The translations under genes were made by a program, and so were the position numbers. Under the pieces are notes generated by a model. That model was not told where the DNA came from. It did not search any database and worked only from the letters and a program-made list of their open reading frames with translations. A DNA stretch of 63,809 nt, the filler included, from Stramenopiles sp. TOSAG23-3 (taxonomy: Eukaryota): NCBI GenBank assembly GCA_900128585.1. It is 11 parts of 11 records of this genome, joined end to end, with 100 filler letters (N's around TTAATTAATTAA, not from the genome) between each part and the next. Parts side by side here need not be neighbours in the genome. Positions count along the whole stretch, not along the records: positions 6,851 to 13,599 come from LT643260.1; positions 13,700 to 20,447 come from LT643261.1; 9 more parts are not named here. One strand, given 5' to 3'. Position 1 is the first letter of the stretch; every line of letters begins with the position of its first letter. Shown piece after piece: positions 9,434 to 18,432 of the stretch.

Positions 9434-10738
9434 TCAGTACTTGTTGGAGTTCTTTCGGGCCAGTTTGATTTGTTCCGGAGTTAGCCAAGGCGAAGCATCC
9501 CAGCGGACGATGTTGTGCAACCCTCTGGCGGCTTCGTTGCGCTCATTCCCAGGCTTGGGGTTTTCCCCTTCCTGTCGTGCATTGGAAAGCAATGAATCGT
9601 CCAGGTGCCCTGGGCGGTTCGGTCGTCTGCCTTGAAAGTAAAAAAACTGCATTAGTATGGTAAAATCAAACATCAGCGTCCCGACGCTCCCAACCAAATA
9701 GGGCAGCGCCTTCACGATGGCGTCCCAGTTCACGGCCCGGAGAAAGATGCCGCAGGCGTACGTGGAGTTCCCCATGACCGCGCAGAAGAACATAATCGGA
9801 GACAGGCCTTCGACGGACCCGCGCTTGATGTTCTTCAATATTTGGGGAACGCGCGACGTCAAATAAATACACGCAGAGACCCACCCGAAGATTACGCCCA
9901 ACTCTTCCACGGCACTCGACGTGTCCGGCCCCACGTTGCACTCTTTCGGACGTCGGGCCGGCACGGGGCCATGGCGCCCGAAAAAAACGGACCCTTGCAC
10001 TTCCGGGAGGCCCTCGTCCGCGGCCGACAGCAGCTTTCGGCCCAAACGAGACGAGAAGCTTGCGCCTGGGGCTCCAAGCATACCATTCGCACCAAGCAGG
10101 GTCGTTGCACCAAACAAAAAGACAATCGGAAGAAAGAAGGCATGCAGGGCCCGTCCGTTGCTCCCGGATTTCTTGCCGTCCGTAAAGTAATCCAAGGAGG
10201 CGTCCCCCCCAGAGCCTTGGAGCAGGGGGTCCGAAGAGTGCCTTTGGTGGCCCTTTCCACCATCATTGGACTGGTTCTCTTCCAGGAGCACCGCGTCGTA
10301 CCCGTCCCCCGCCCCGTCGCGGTCGTCCTTGGCGTTGCAGCAGGACGTTTCCAAGTACAAATATTGAAACAGCAGACAAAAATCCATGCTGACAAACAAA
10401 ATGCTGGTGATTGTCACCGTCGACAACTGGCCAGTCATGAGACACGAAATCAAATTTAGGGAGTCCCCAAGCATCCACTCCGCCAAAAACCAAATACTCA
10501 GCGCGGAGGCCTTCCCGGCCCGGCAATTCTTCATAAACTGCGGGGCCTGCGCACAAAGCCAAAAGGCAAGCGAGGTGAGGCCTATCGTAAACCCAGTGTA
10601 GTCCCTCGTCGTGTACACACAGTCGGAGAAGACGTGGGCGATGAACAAACTGTACGGGTCCCCATGGATCGTGGCTGGGACGCACACGCACCCTCCCGCT
10701 ATCGGGGGAGAAGTTGTCGTGATATTGGTCGCTTCCAT
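9434..10738 (-). CDS. PQLC2: PQ-loop lysosomal/vacuolar cationic amino acid transporter (PQLC2/YPQ1-like)
   Basis: Two PQ-loop repeats (WLCAQAPQFMKN...ALSIWFLAEWMLGD; YLTSRVPQILKNIKRGSVEGLSPIMF), C-terminal LPYLVGSVGTLMFDFTILMQFF. Confidence 0.88.
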   Translation of the reverse strand: MEATNITTTSPPIAGGCVCVPATIHGDPYSLFIAHVFSDCVYTTRDYTGFTIGLTSLAFWLCAQAPQFMKNCRAGKASALSIWFLAEWMLGDSLNLISCLMTGQLSTVTITSILFVSMDFCLLFQYLYLETSCCNAKDDRDGAGDGYDAVLLEENQSNDGGKGHQRHSSDPLLQGSGGDASLDYFTDGKKSGSNGRALHAFFLPIVFLFGATTLLGANGMLGAPGASFSSRLGRKLLSAADEGLPEVQGSVFFGRHGPVPARRPKECNVGPDTSSAVEELGVIFGWVSACIYLTSRVPQILKNIKRGSVEGLSPIMFFCAVMGNSTYACGIFLRAVNWDAIVKALPYLVGSVGTLMFDFTILMQFFYFQGRRPNRPGHLDDSLLSNARQEGENPKPGNERNEAARGLHNIVRWDASPWLTPEQIKLARKNSNKY

Positions 10739-11206
10739 ATTTTCCTATACCCTCGCACGGATGGCCAGGTCAAGTCGTTCCTTCTTCTTATTCTCTCTCT
10801 CTCTTGTGCGTTGCACCGGGGCCAGGCCTCACTCAGGTCGTTCGTTGCAGGACGAAGGACGGACTATGAAACACAAACAGTCCAAAACAGAACACAAAAT
10901 GGAACTAATGTTATATTGTCAATATCTCTTTCTATCTCTTGTCTCTTCTACATACATACACATTCTTTCTTCACATTCTTTCTTCCTAGATAGATAGACA
11001 TTACATATCTTTCTCTTTCCTTTCTTCATTCTTCATATTAAATACTAATAATTTTTAAAAATGACAGACAGTGTACTACAGTAGTAGACATTAAATTATT
11101 ATTATTATTATATTCATTCACTCTTCATCATCTTCTCTCGAACCAGTACTACTACAGCACTACAGCCTGTATAATAAAACTAAAAAAATTAAAATGATCT
11201 CCCTCT

Positions 11207-11278
<72 letters not shown>

Positions 11279-11329
11279 TCNNNNNNNNNNNNNNNNNNNN
11301 NNNNNNNNNNNNNNNNNNNNNNNNNNNNT

Positions 11330-11386
<57 letters not shown>

Positions 11387-12095
11387 TTTCTTCTTTCTTC
11401 TTTCTTCCTGATGATTGACCGAGTGTGAGTGACCGCCTTTAAAATAAAATTAAACCTTCAATTCAAATCATCCAATATACTATATACTATAAACTATAAT
11501 TAAATACATTTTTAAAAATTAAATAGGAAGAAAAGGAAGGAAGAAAAGGAAGAAGGAAGGATGACTCACCGATTTATTAGTACATAAGTTTAAGTATACT
11601 AACTAATTAAATATTATAATTTTAAATAGAATACAATAATAAATATATTACATTTGGATTAATATTAATAGCTCAATATGTACTTTTGTTTTATTATTCC
11701 TTATTTATTATATTTATATACTATTCCTATTTAAATATGTACCAGCAGCCACATTTCGAAGAAGGATGAATAATATAATACTGGAATAATTATTACGAGT
11801 ATTATTTGCAGGGTCATTCTTTCTTCTTCTTCTTCTTCTTCGCACCGGCGCCGCAGCCCGTTGGCACATGTTTGTTTGCATTTCTTATTTGCTCATACAT
11901 TTTAATATTATGCGTAAAAAAAAAGTACTGACATATAAACTGAAAGTACAAAGACACATGAATGCACAGGTATTTCAAAGTCAAAGTCGCTCACCACTCT
12001 AAAAGGGTATTTATCAGTCGTACCTGTTGCCGACTGACCGATACGGCAATATACAAACGTTTTCGCACGACGAAACGATCGACCGAGCGACCACC

Positions 12096-13340
12096 ATGCG
12101 GTTTGCGGTAATAGGGTGCGGCGCCATCGGGCTGGAACATATTCGGAACATAAACATATTGGACGGGAGTTCAGTGGTCGCGGTAGCGGATAGCGTGGAA
12201 AAATCGCTCGGGTGGGCGAGGGAAGCACTGAAAGGACACGCCGACAACGTTGCGTTCGTCAAGGACTACCGAGAACTCTTCAAAATGGACCAAGTCGACG
12301 CCCTCATCGTGTGCACCCCGAACTGGCACCATATTCACATTCTCAGGGATATTTTGCCGAACTGCGCCAAGCATGTGATGTGCGAGAAGCCCCTTTGCAC
12401 GACCGTAGAGGATTGCCTGGAAGTGCGGGAGATGGTCAAGGAGCACTGCGGTGCGAACGGCCGCATGTTTTGGGTAGGGATGGAGTACCGTTTCATCCGT
12501 TCCGTCCAACGCTTGATAGACGAGGTCGACCAAGGCACCGTGGGCGCCTTGCGGATGGTCAGCGTCCGGGAGCACCGCTTTCCGTTCTTGAAAAAAGTAG
12601 GCACGTGGAACCGGTTGAAAAAGAACACGGGGGACACGCTCGTGGAGAAATGCTGCCACTTTTTTGACCTAATGTGCCGAATTGCCGGGCCGGAACATTT
12701 CCCAACAAGGGTCATGGCATCGGGGGGGCAGTCGGTAAACCATTTGGACGAGGTGTACGACGGTCAGAAGGCGGACATTTTGGACCACGCGTACGTCATT
12801 GTTGAATTCGACAACAAAGGCCCGCGCATGCTTCTGGAGCTTTCGATGTTCGCCGAGGCGTCGAAAAACCAAGAAGAAATTTCCGTAGTCGGCAGCAACG
12901 GCAAGCTAGAAGCGTTTGCCCCGGCGCACCAAATGAAGGAGGGGCGTGGGGAGGCGCCGGCCCCAAACTTTAGGGTTGGGCTTCGAGCGTTGCCTTGGGT
13001 CGACCGGGTAACCCCACCCCCGCCCGCGACCGTGAAGGAGTTTTACGAAGGCGCAGACCCGAAGATTCTCTCTGCTGGGTACCACGAGGGCGCGACGTTT
13101 TACGAGCTGCTCGATTTTGTGACGAAACAGGTGAATGGTGAGATGCCGACAGTAGACGTTGATGATGGTCTGCTCGCAGTTACTCTTGGGGTGGCGGCCC
13201 ACAAGTCCATTGATGAAATGCGCATTTGCGAGCTAAGCTCGTTGTTGCCGGCAGAAGTCATCAAGGAAGTAAAGGGAAGTCGCCTTCGACGGCGGAAGCT
13301 TATGGTAAGCCGGAAGCGGAAAAAGCCGAGCAGTATGTGA
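12096..13340 (+). CDS. Gfo/Idh/MocA family NAD(P)-dependent oxidoreductase (myo-inositol dehydrogenase-like)
   Basis: MRFAVIGCGAIG Rossmann motif, VCTPNWHH, CEKPL, GMEYRF, EHRFPFL..VG.WNR, GDTLVEKCCHFFDLM; ATG in CCACCATG context; C-terminus may be frameshifted. Confidence 0.9.
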   Translation: MRFAVIGCGAIGLEHIRNINILDGSSVVAVADSVEKSLGWAREALKGHADNVAFVKDYRELFKMDQVDALIVCTPNWHHIHILRDILPNCAKHVMCEKPLCTTVEDCLEVREMVKEHCGANGRMFWVGMEYRFIRSVQRLIDEVDQGTVGALRMVSVREHRFPFLKKVGTWNRLKKNTGDTLVEKCCHFFDLMCRIAGPEHFPTRVMASGGQSVNHLDEVYDGQKADILDHAYVIVEFDNKGPRMLLELSMFAEASKNQEEISVVGSNGKLEAFAPAHQMKEGRGEAPAPNFRVGLRALPWVDRVTPPPPATVKEFYEGADPKILSAGYHEGATFYELLDFVTKQVNGEMPTVDVDDGLLAVTLGVAAHKSIDEMRICELSSLLPAEVIKEVKGSRLRRRKLMVSRKRKKPSSM

Positions 13341-13474
13341 GCCGAAGCTGGCGGGACGGTGATCGGTGCTCAGTGGAAAGCGTTGCGCAGTGGACGCGTT
13401 TATTTTAAAGAAAAAAAGGAAGAATTGTAGTTACTTTAAACATTTTTAAATTTAGATCTCTTGGTGTGTTGTTT

Positions 13475-13565
13475 TAAAAAACAAGAAAAATTGGCTGTTA
13501 TTTTATAGTAAAATATATTAAAAACAAGAAAATTGGCTGTTATTTAAGTAATTAAATTTAGCTTC
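13475..13565 (+). repeat. Two tandem copies of the dispersed AAAAACAAGAAAATTGGCTGTTATT element
   Basis: Copies at about 13475-13503 and 13516-13565. Confidence 0.85.
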
Positions 13566-13845
13566 ATTATATTAAAATTAAAGAAAAAAGAAGGTGTCAN
13601 NNNNNNNNNNNNNNNNNNNNNNNNNNNNNNNNNNNNNNNNNNNTTAATTAATTAANNNNNNNNNNNNNNNNNNNNNNNNNNNNNNNNNNNNNNNNNNNNT
13701 ATTTTTGAAGAAAAAACAACAAATTGAAAACATTGAATTGATATAAACATGAATGAATCCAAACAATGAAAAAGAAACAAAGAAAGACAGAAGGCAAAGA
13801 ACTGAAATCTCATACCTACTATGACACCCCATCAACGCTAGTGTC

Positions 13846-16560
13846 ATGCGTGGTGTGAAAGAAGCAAAGGAGAGAACGCCCGGGGACGGTCTTCGGGACA
13901 GGACGGCGGCCCAGAAAAAGCATTCCCGCCCTGGGATACTGGGGCCGCACGATTTCTGTGCGGTGACAAAGGTTGGCAAGCAGAATTCGTTTTTAGGGCG
14001 CTTGTCGGACGTTGCGGGGGGTGGGCCCGTCGGGACGCACCACTTTGTTACTGGCGCGGACGTTGGGAGCGTGGCCGCCATCGCGGCGTACTTCTACGAC
14101 CTGATCCAGCGCCAGGAAACTACGTCGTTATGGGATGGGGGAATGTCCCGGGTCGTCACCGGCGGGACATTTTGCGTGTGGAACGCGTTTCGGTACGTGG
14201 ACCTGAGGGTCGAGTTCCAGGTCCCGGGGAACACGAAAGTGTACGTGGTCGACCTGGCCGCCGGAAAGACGTACCCCCCCGACGACGCGATTTGGAGGGA
14301 GTGCCGAGTGTGCTCCGCGCTTCGGGGGATGAGCCTGTTTCGAAAGAAGACGATGGTGACTTTGATCCCTGCCGAGATGCAAGGCCTCCCGTTCCGGACC
14401 TTTAACCCCGTCCCGTCGAGGGAAAAGATGAAGGAGTTCTTGGACGATGCGCTGCCCCTGTTCGGGGACAGCGCCAGGCTGGGGAGTGCGTCCGACCAGT
14501 TGCTCCCGGAGGAACTCCCGTCGGGGGGGAGGCTGGCGGTTCAAATTTTCCTGCTCATGATGGGGCGGGGCCAGCAGGGCGATGCCGTGGAATTCTTCGG
14601 AAAATTGGTCGTCCAGCACCCTTTGGTCGTGGTCTACATTGCGGCGCTGTGCCAAAAGATGGGGGAGACGAAGCGAGGGATGAGCCTGCTGTGCGCCATC
14701 CTGGCCCAGGACGACCGCGGGAACCGCCCGGCCTTCGCCCCCCTGCTGGCGGCGCAGGCAATGCTGCTCTTGGACGACTGCGCGGGGAAAGAGCTGCAGC
14801 TCGAGGAGGGCAAGCGGGCAAACTACGCCGTTGGAATCGGCAAGCGCCTCGTTACGATGAGGCCGTACTCGTACTCGGCGTGGATGCTGCTGGCACGCGC
14901 CTACGTCCACGCCGGGGATTTCCCGAACGCGATGCTGGCCCTGAACACCGCGCCCCTCCGCTACACGGACCGGGCGGTGGCCGTCCTGAAGAGGGACCCC
15001 TCGAAGCTCGCCCTGTCCGGGTGGGTCTTTGACTTTGCATGGCCCCACGGGGGCGTCGAAGGGAAGTGGCGGGAAGTGTTCTCTCACGACAACTTCATCT
15101 CGTTGAACTTCGCGGCGTACGATTTGTTGGTCGTCATGATCGGCGCCGTTGGGTGGGAAAAGTTCCTGAGCTTACGGAACAGCGTCTTTTTGGTCCACGA
15201 AGCCGGCGACAGCGACAGCGGCAGCGACGATGGTGCAGCGGGGGGAGAGGGCAGTGGTGATGCGGCAGGGGAAGATGGCCCGGTGCCACTGAAGGACGAG
15301 GATGGCGAGGCAAAGGCAGAAAGCGCCGGGGGCGAGGCTGGAACGGACGGACAGGGCAGCGCTGCTGAACCCAGCAAAGGGGCGGTCATGGACCGTGCCA
15401 TTTACCAGGGCCCGACCCCTGTCGTCGCATACTTTGGGAGGGCACGGCCGTGCCAGCCGGCCCTGGACGTTTTGATCACATCGTTGTACACCGACATGAG
15501 CGATTTTACAGACTGGTCGGCGAACAGCCCGGGCGACGTAGCCGAGTCGGGCAGCGACGGGGAAGACGAGCAGGAAGTGGCGGAGGACCAAGCGGACGGT
15601 GCCGGGGAGGAGGCTGGTGGGGCGGCGGGGGGCAACCATGGCGGAAATGGTGCGGTCGACGGGAGGTCTGGCACAGAACCAACTGGAAAGGGGGAAACGC
15701 CGGGCGAAGGCGCAAAACCGGGCGAAGAGGCAAAGCCGGGCGAAGAGGCAAAGGCAAAACCCGTCGAAGAGGCAAAGCCGGGCGAAGAGGCAAAGCCGGG
15801 CGAAGAGGCAAAACCCGTCGAAGAGGCAAAGCTGGGCGAGGACGGGGACGTTACAAAAGAGGGGGACGAGGATGCGAGTAGCGACGGCGGTGAGGCCAGC
15901 AACGAGGACGAGGAGAGTTCTTCCTCAAATAGTGATAGCGACAGCGAAAGTGGCAGCAGCAATGGAACCTACGACCATAGCAGCGACAGCGGTACGATTG
16001 AGAGCAGCTCGGACGAGGACAACGAGGAAGACGTTGACGCGGGCACCCTGACCCGGGGGATTCGTTTGGACAAAGTGCCGAAATCGGCGGACGGAAAGGA
16101 AGCGCACCGGTTGTTGCGAACGGGATACTTGCTGTGCCGTTTGAAGTACTACGACCTGGGGTTCAAAGTTCTGCACAAGTGCGTCAGCATTTCATACTCG
16201 TTAGACGCTTGGCTTGCGATTGCCATCTTGGCCACCCACCAGCCAACGCTACTAAAGGACAACCTGACGACCGCCTTGTTGGCCATCGTTCAAATCATAC
16301 TCTCCTTTGACGACACAATGGACATGGGCACCTTGAACGAAGCCCACCCGTTCATTCGCGAAACGTTGGTCCACATGGTCGGCACTCACGGGTTAGGAAA
16401 GGTGCAGGGGGCGGCGGCAAAAATATCCGAGCGATTTTCACACCACGCCGAAACGGGATCAATTCAGCTGCCCGAGGCGAAAATAAAATCCGTGTCCAAA
16501 TGCCTTGACAACGCATTGCGGGATGCCATCAAATGGAGGTCCCAAGGCTACGATCGGTAA
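13846..16560 (+). CDS. ChAPs family protein (exomer cargo-adaptor subunit, Bch1/Bud7-like) with TPRs and acidic insert
   Basis: LGPHDFCAVTK, GTHHFVTGADVGSVAAIAAY, GTFCVWNAFRYVDLRVEFQVPG, AWMLLARAYVHAGDFPNAMLALNTAP, AYDLLVVMIGAVGWEKFLSLRNSVFL are ChAPs-type motifs. Confidence 0.85.
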   Translation: MRGVKEAKERTPGDGLRDRTAAQKKHSRPGILGPHDFCAVTKVGKQNSFLGRLSDVAGGGPVGTHHFVTGADVGSVAAIAAYFYDLIQRQETTSLWDGGMSRVVTGGTFCVWNAFRYVDLRVEFQVPGNTKVYVVDLAAGKTYPPDDAIWRECRVCSALRGMSLFRKKTMVTLIPAEMQGLPFRTFNPVPSREKMKEFLDDALPLFGDSARLGSASDQLLPEELPSGGRLAVQIFLLMMGRGQQGDAVEFFGKLVVQHPLVVVYIAALCQKMGETKRGMSLLCAILAQDDRGNRPAFAPLLAAQAMLLLDDCAGKELQLEEGKRANYAVGIGKRLVTMRPYSYSAWMLLARAYVHAGDFPNAMLALNTAPLRYTDRAVAVLKRDPSKLALSGWVFDFAWPHGGVEGKWREVFSHDNFISLNFAAYDLLVVMIGAVGWEKFLSLRNSVFLVHEAGDSDSGSDDGAAGGEGSGDAAGEDGPVPLKDEDGEAKAESAGGEAGTDGQGSAAEPSKGAVMDRAIYQGPTPVVAYFGRARPCQPALDVLITSLYTDMSDFTDWSANSPGDVAESGSDGEDEQEVAEDQADGAGEEAGGAAGGNHGGNGAVDGRSGTEPTGKGETPGEGAKPGEEAKPGEEAKAKPVEEAKPGEEAKPGEEAKPVEEAKLGEDGDVTKEGDEDASSDGGEASNEDEESSSSNSDSDSESGSSNGTYDHSSDSGTIESSSDEDNEEDVDAGTLTRGIRLDKVPKSADGKEAHRLLRTGYLLCRLKYYDLGFKVLHKCVSISYSLDAWLAIAILATHQPTLLKDNLTTALLAIVQIILSFDDTMDMGTLNEAHPFIRETLVHMVGTHGLGKVQGAAAKISERFSHHAETGSIQLPEAKIKSVSKCLDNALRDAIKWRSQGYDR
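15700..15840 (+). repeat. 18-bp coding tandem repeat (P[G/V]EEAK), about 7 units
   Basis: Repeated ccgggcgaagaggcaaag / cccgtcgaagaggcaaag units. Confidence 0.95.
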
Positions 16561-16578
16561 AGAACAAAATTCAGTTAG

Positions 16579-16790
16579 TTAAAAACAAGAAAATTGGCTG
16601 TGTGTTATTTAAAGTTAGTTTAACGTTTAAATGGATCGATGTCGGTTAGATAGTCAAAGTCAGTCAGTGAAAACTTGGTTGAAAAAAAAAGCAAAGATCC
16701 CAATCAAAACACATTTTTTAAAACGTTAAAAACACCGAAAACACAAAAACTATTTAAATAACAAGAAAATTGGCTGTTATTTAAGTAATA
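16579..16790 (+). repeat. Two further copies of the dispersed element
   Basis: ttaaaaacaagaaaattggctgtgtgttatttaaag (16579-16614) and aacaagaaaattggctgttatttaagtaat (16760-16789). Confidence 0.85.
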
Positions 16791-16821
16791 ATTTATTTGC
16801 GCCTCTTTGAAATGAAATGTT

Positions 16822-18008
16822 TTACAAGGACGGGCTGGAAAAGAACCGTTTTAGAAGCGGTTGCTCGTGCTCCACAAAGGCATCGTTTGCCCCCCTGTAG
16901 GGATCATCCGCCCACCTACGGAACGCTTCTTGGTGCAGCCGATTGTACTCCTTCGTATTGGCAACGTGCGTTTTCATCAACGCCTTTCCTAAATCCACCA
17001 GCTGCAACCGTTTGCTTTTCTTTTCCCATATGGTTTGCTTCCGTTTCATTTTGGTCTCTTCGTTCAACCGCTTCCGGTTCTGGGCGCAGACCTGCTTTCG
17101 AAGGGAGATAACTGTCTTTCGGTTCGACAGGTATGATTCCCTGGCCTGCTTTATCTGTATGTTATTATTTCGTTGCTCGTCGCGCAAGCTGGCCTTTTCT
17201 TCACGCTCTTTCTTCCTTTTCATTACCTTTGAACGGTGTTTCATGCGCATGCTGTAGAACTGTTCATGTCGCCGCCGCCTTTCTTCTTCGGCGTACTGGA
17301 CGGTAGAAACGAACTCATGGTCTACCGTGTCCATCATCCGCCTAGGGAGCAATTGCGGCGTCCGTCGCCGCCGGGGTCTACCCGAACCTATCGTTTTGTA
17401 CTCTTTCTGTCGACGTGGGCCTGGCGCTGCTTCCTCCTCGCTGGGTGCGTGGTCTACCTGCCATTCGTTTATCAGGCTCTTTGCCCGTTTCAACATGTCC
17501 ATGTAGTCCCGTTTTCTAACGTGCGGGAAATCTGTATCAATGGTGTCTCGCTCTTTCTTCGTCTGGTACGTCGGGACAAATATCCTCGGTTCCTTCTTCC
17601 TTGTTTTTATCGGAGACACAAGAGAATTAAAGAAATCATCCTCGATCGCTTTTGCATCTGGCTTCAGGAACGACTCTCGAACGTGCACGGCGCACGCTTG
17701 CCCGTCGTTCCCTCGCTGCCGTTCAATCGGGGAGTGCACCAAGGACTCTAGAGATTCTTCCCCAATCGTCGAAAACGCGCCCGTCGTATCCAACGCCCCA
17801 GGAACCACCCGCTGGTCGCTAGCCATTAGGAACCTTTTTTATATCCAATAAGTTAAGGCTCGAAACGATGGAACTCACCAGCATACCTTTTAAATCTCGT
17901 CGAGAGCATACCACGCTGGGCAATAGGAACGAATGATCCATTCCAGTCTTCGTTTCTAATCGGTTTTAAATTCCATTCATCGTTTTGTATATACCATTGA
18001 TCTTTCAT
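16822..18008 (-). CDS. Uncharacterised basic coiled-coil protein; two exons (18008-17887, 17833-16822)
   Basis: Upstream exon MKDQWYIQNDEWNLKPIRNEDWNGSFVPIAQRGMLSTRFK joins the 334-aa ORF in frame across a 53-nt GTATGC...CTTAAC...AAG intron. Confidence 0.6.
17834..17886 (-). other. Predicted 53-nt spliceosomal intron
   Basis: AG|GTATGC donor, CCTTAAC branch-like site, AAG|G acceptor; removal restores frame. Confidence 0.55.
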
Positions 18009-18432
18009 TTCTCTCCACCAAAAGTGTGCAGATTGTTTTTTGGGTTAAATAATTTCTGAAAAACGAATTATACATCAATTGGAATACAGTACAAAGTAGA
18101 TGTGTTTATATTAAAGCTTTGAGCTGTTAATGTACAAAATGTAAATGGGACTGTTACACGATCTTGTCGAATGAAAACTTTCAACAAACAGCATTCCCGT
18201 CTCCTCGCTTATTTTCCGAATGTGACAAGAAACCAACGACAACTACAACACGATTTAACTTTATGCAAAGATCTTTAATAGGTACAAGCTTTAAGACACA
18301 TAAGTTCCTCTTAATGCGTAAGTTAATTTTTATAAAATTCAATCTTCCATGTTTTCTTGGAATTTCAATACACCCTCGGCGTATGAGGTACTGTGCCATT
18401 GCAGTGGGGTTTTGTGAAGGGACGCGACTGCC

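Noticed and set aside
11194-11418. F/S/L- or K/R/E-rich ORFs (also 22550-22858, 34180-34483)
   Set aside because: Translations of TTTC/TTC microsatellites in intergenic DNA
11868-12030. Possible 5' intron (TACTGAC, CAG) upstream of the Gfo/Idh/MocA gene
   Set aside because: No convincing donor giving an in-frame upstream exon; an in-frame TAA lies at 12000
9212-16790. Dispersed 30-bp repeats as a CRISPR array
   Set aside because: Not regularly interspaced, on separate contigs, eukaryotic context, no cas genes
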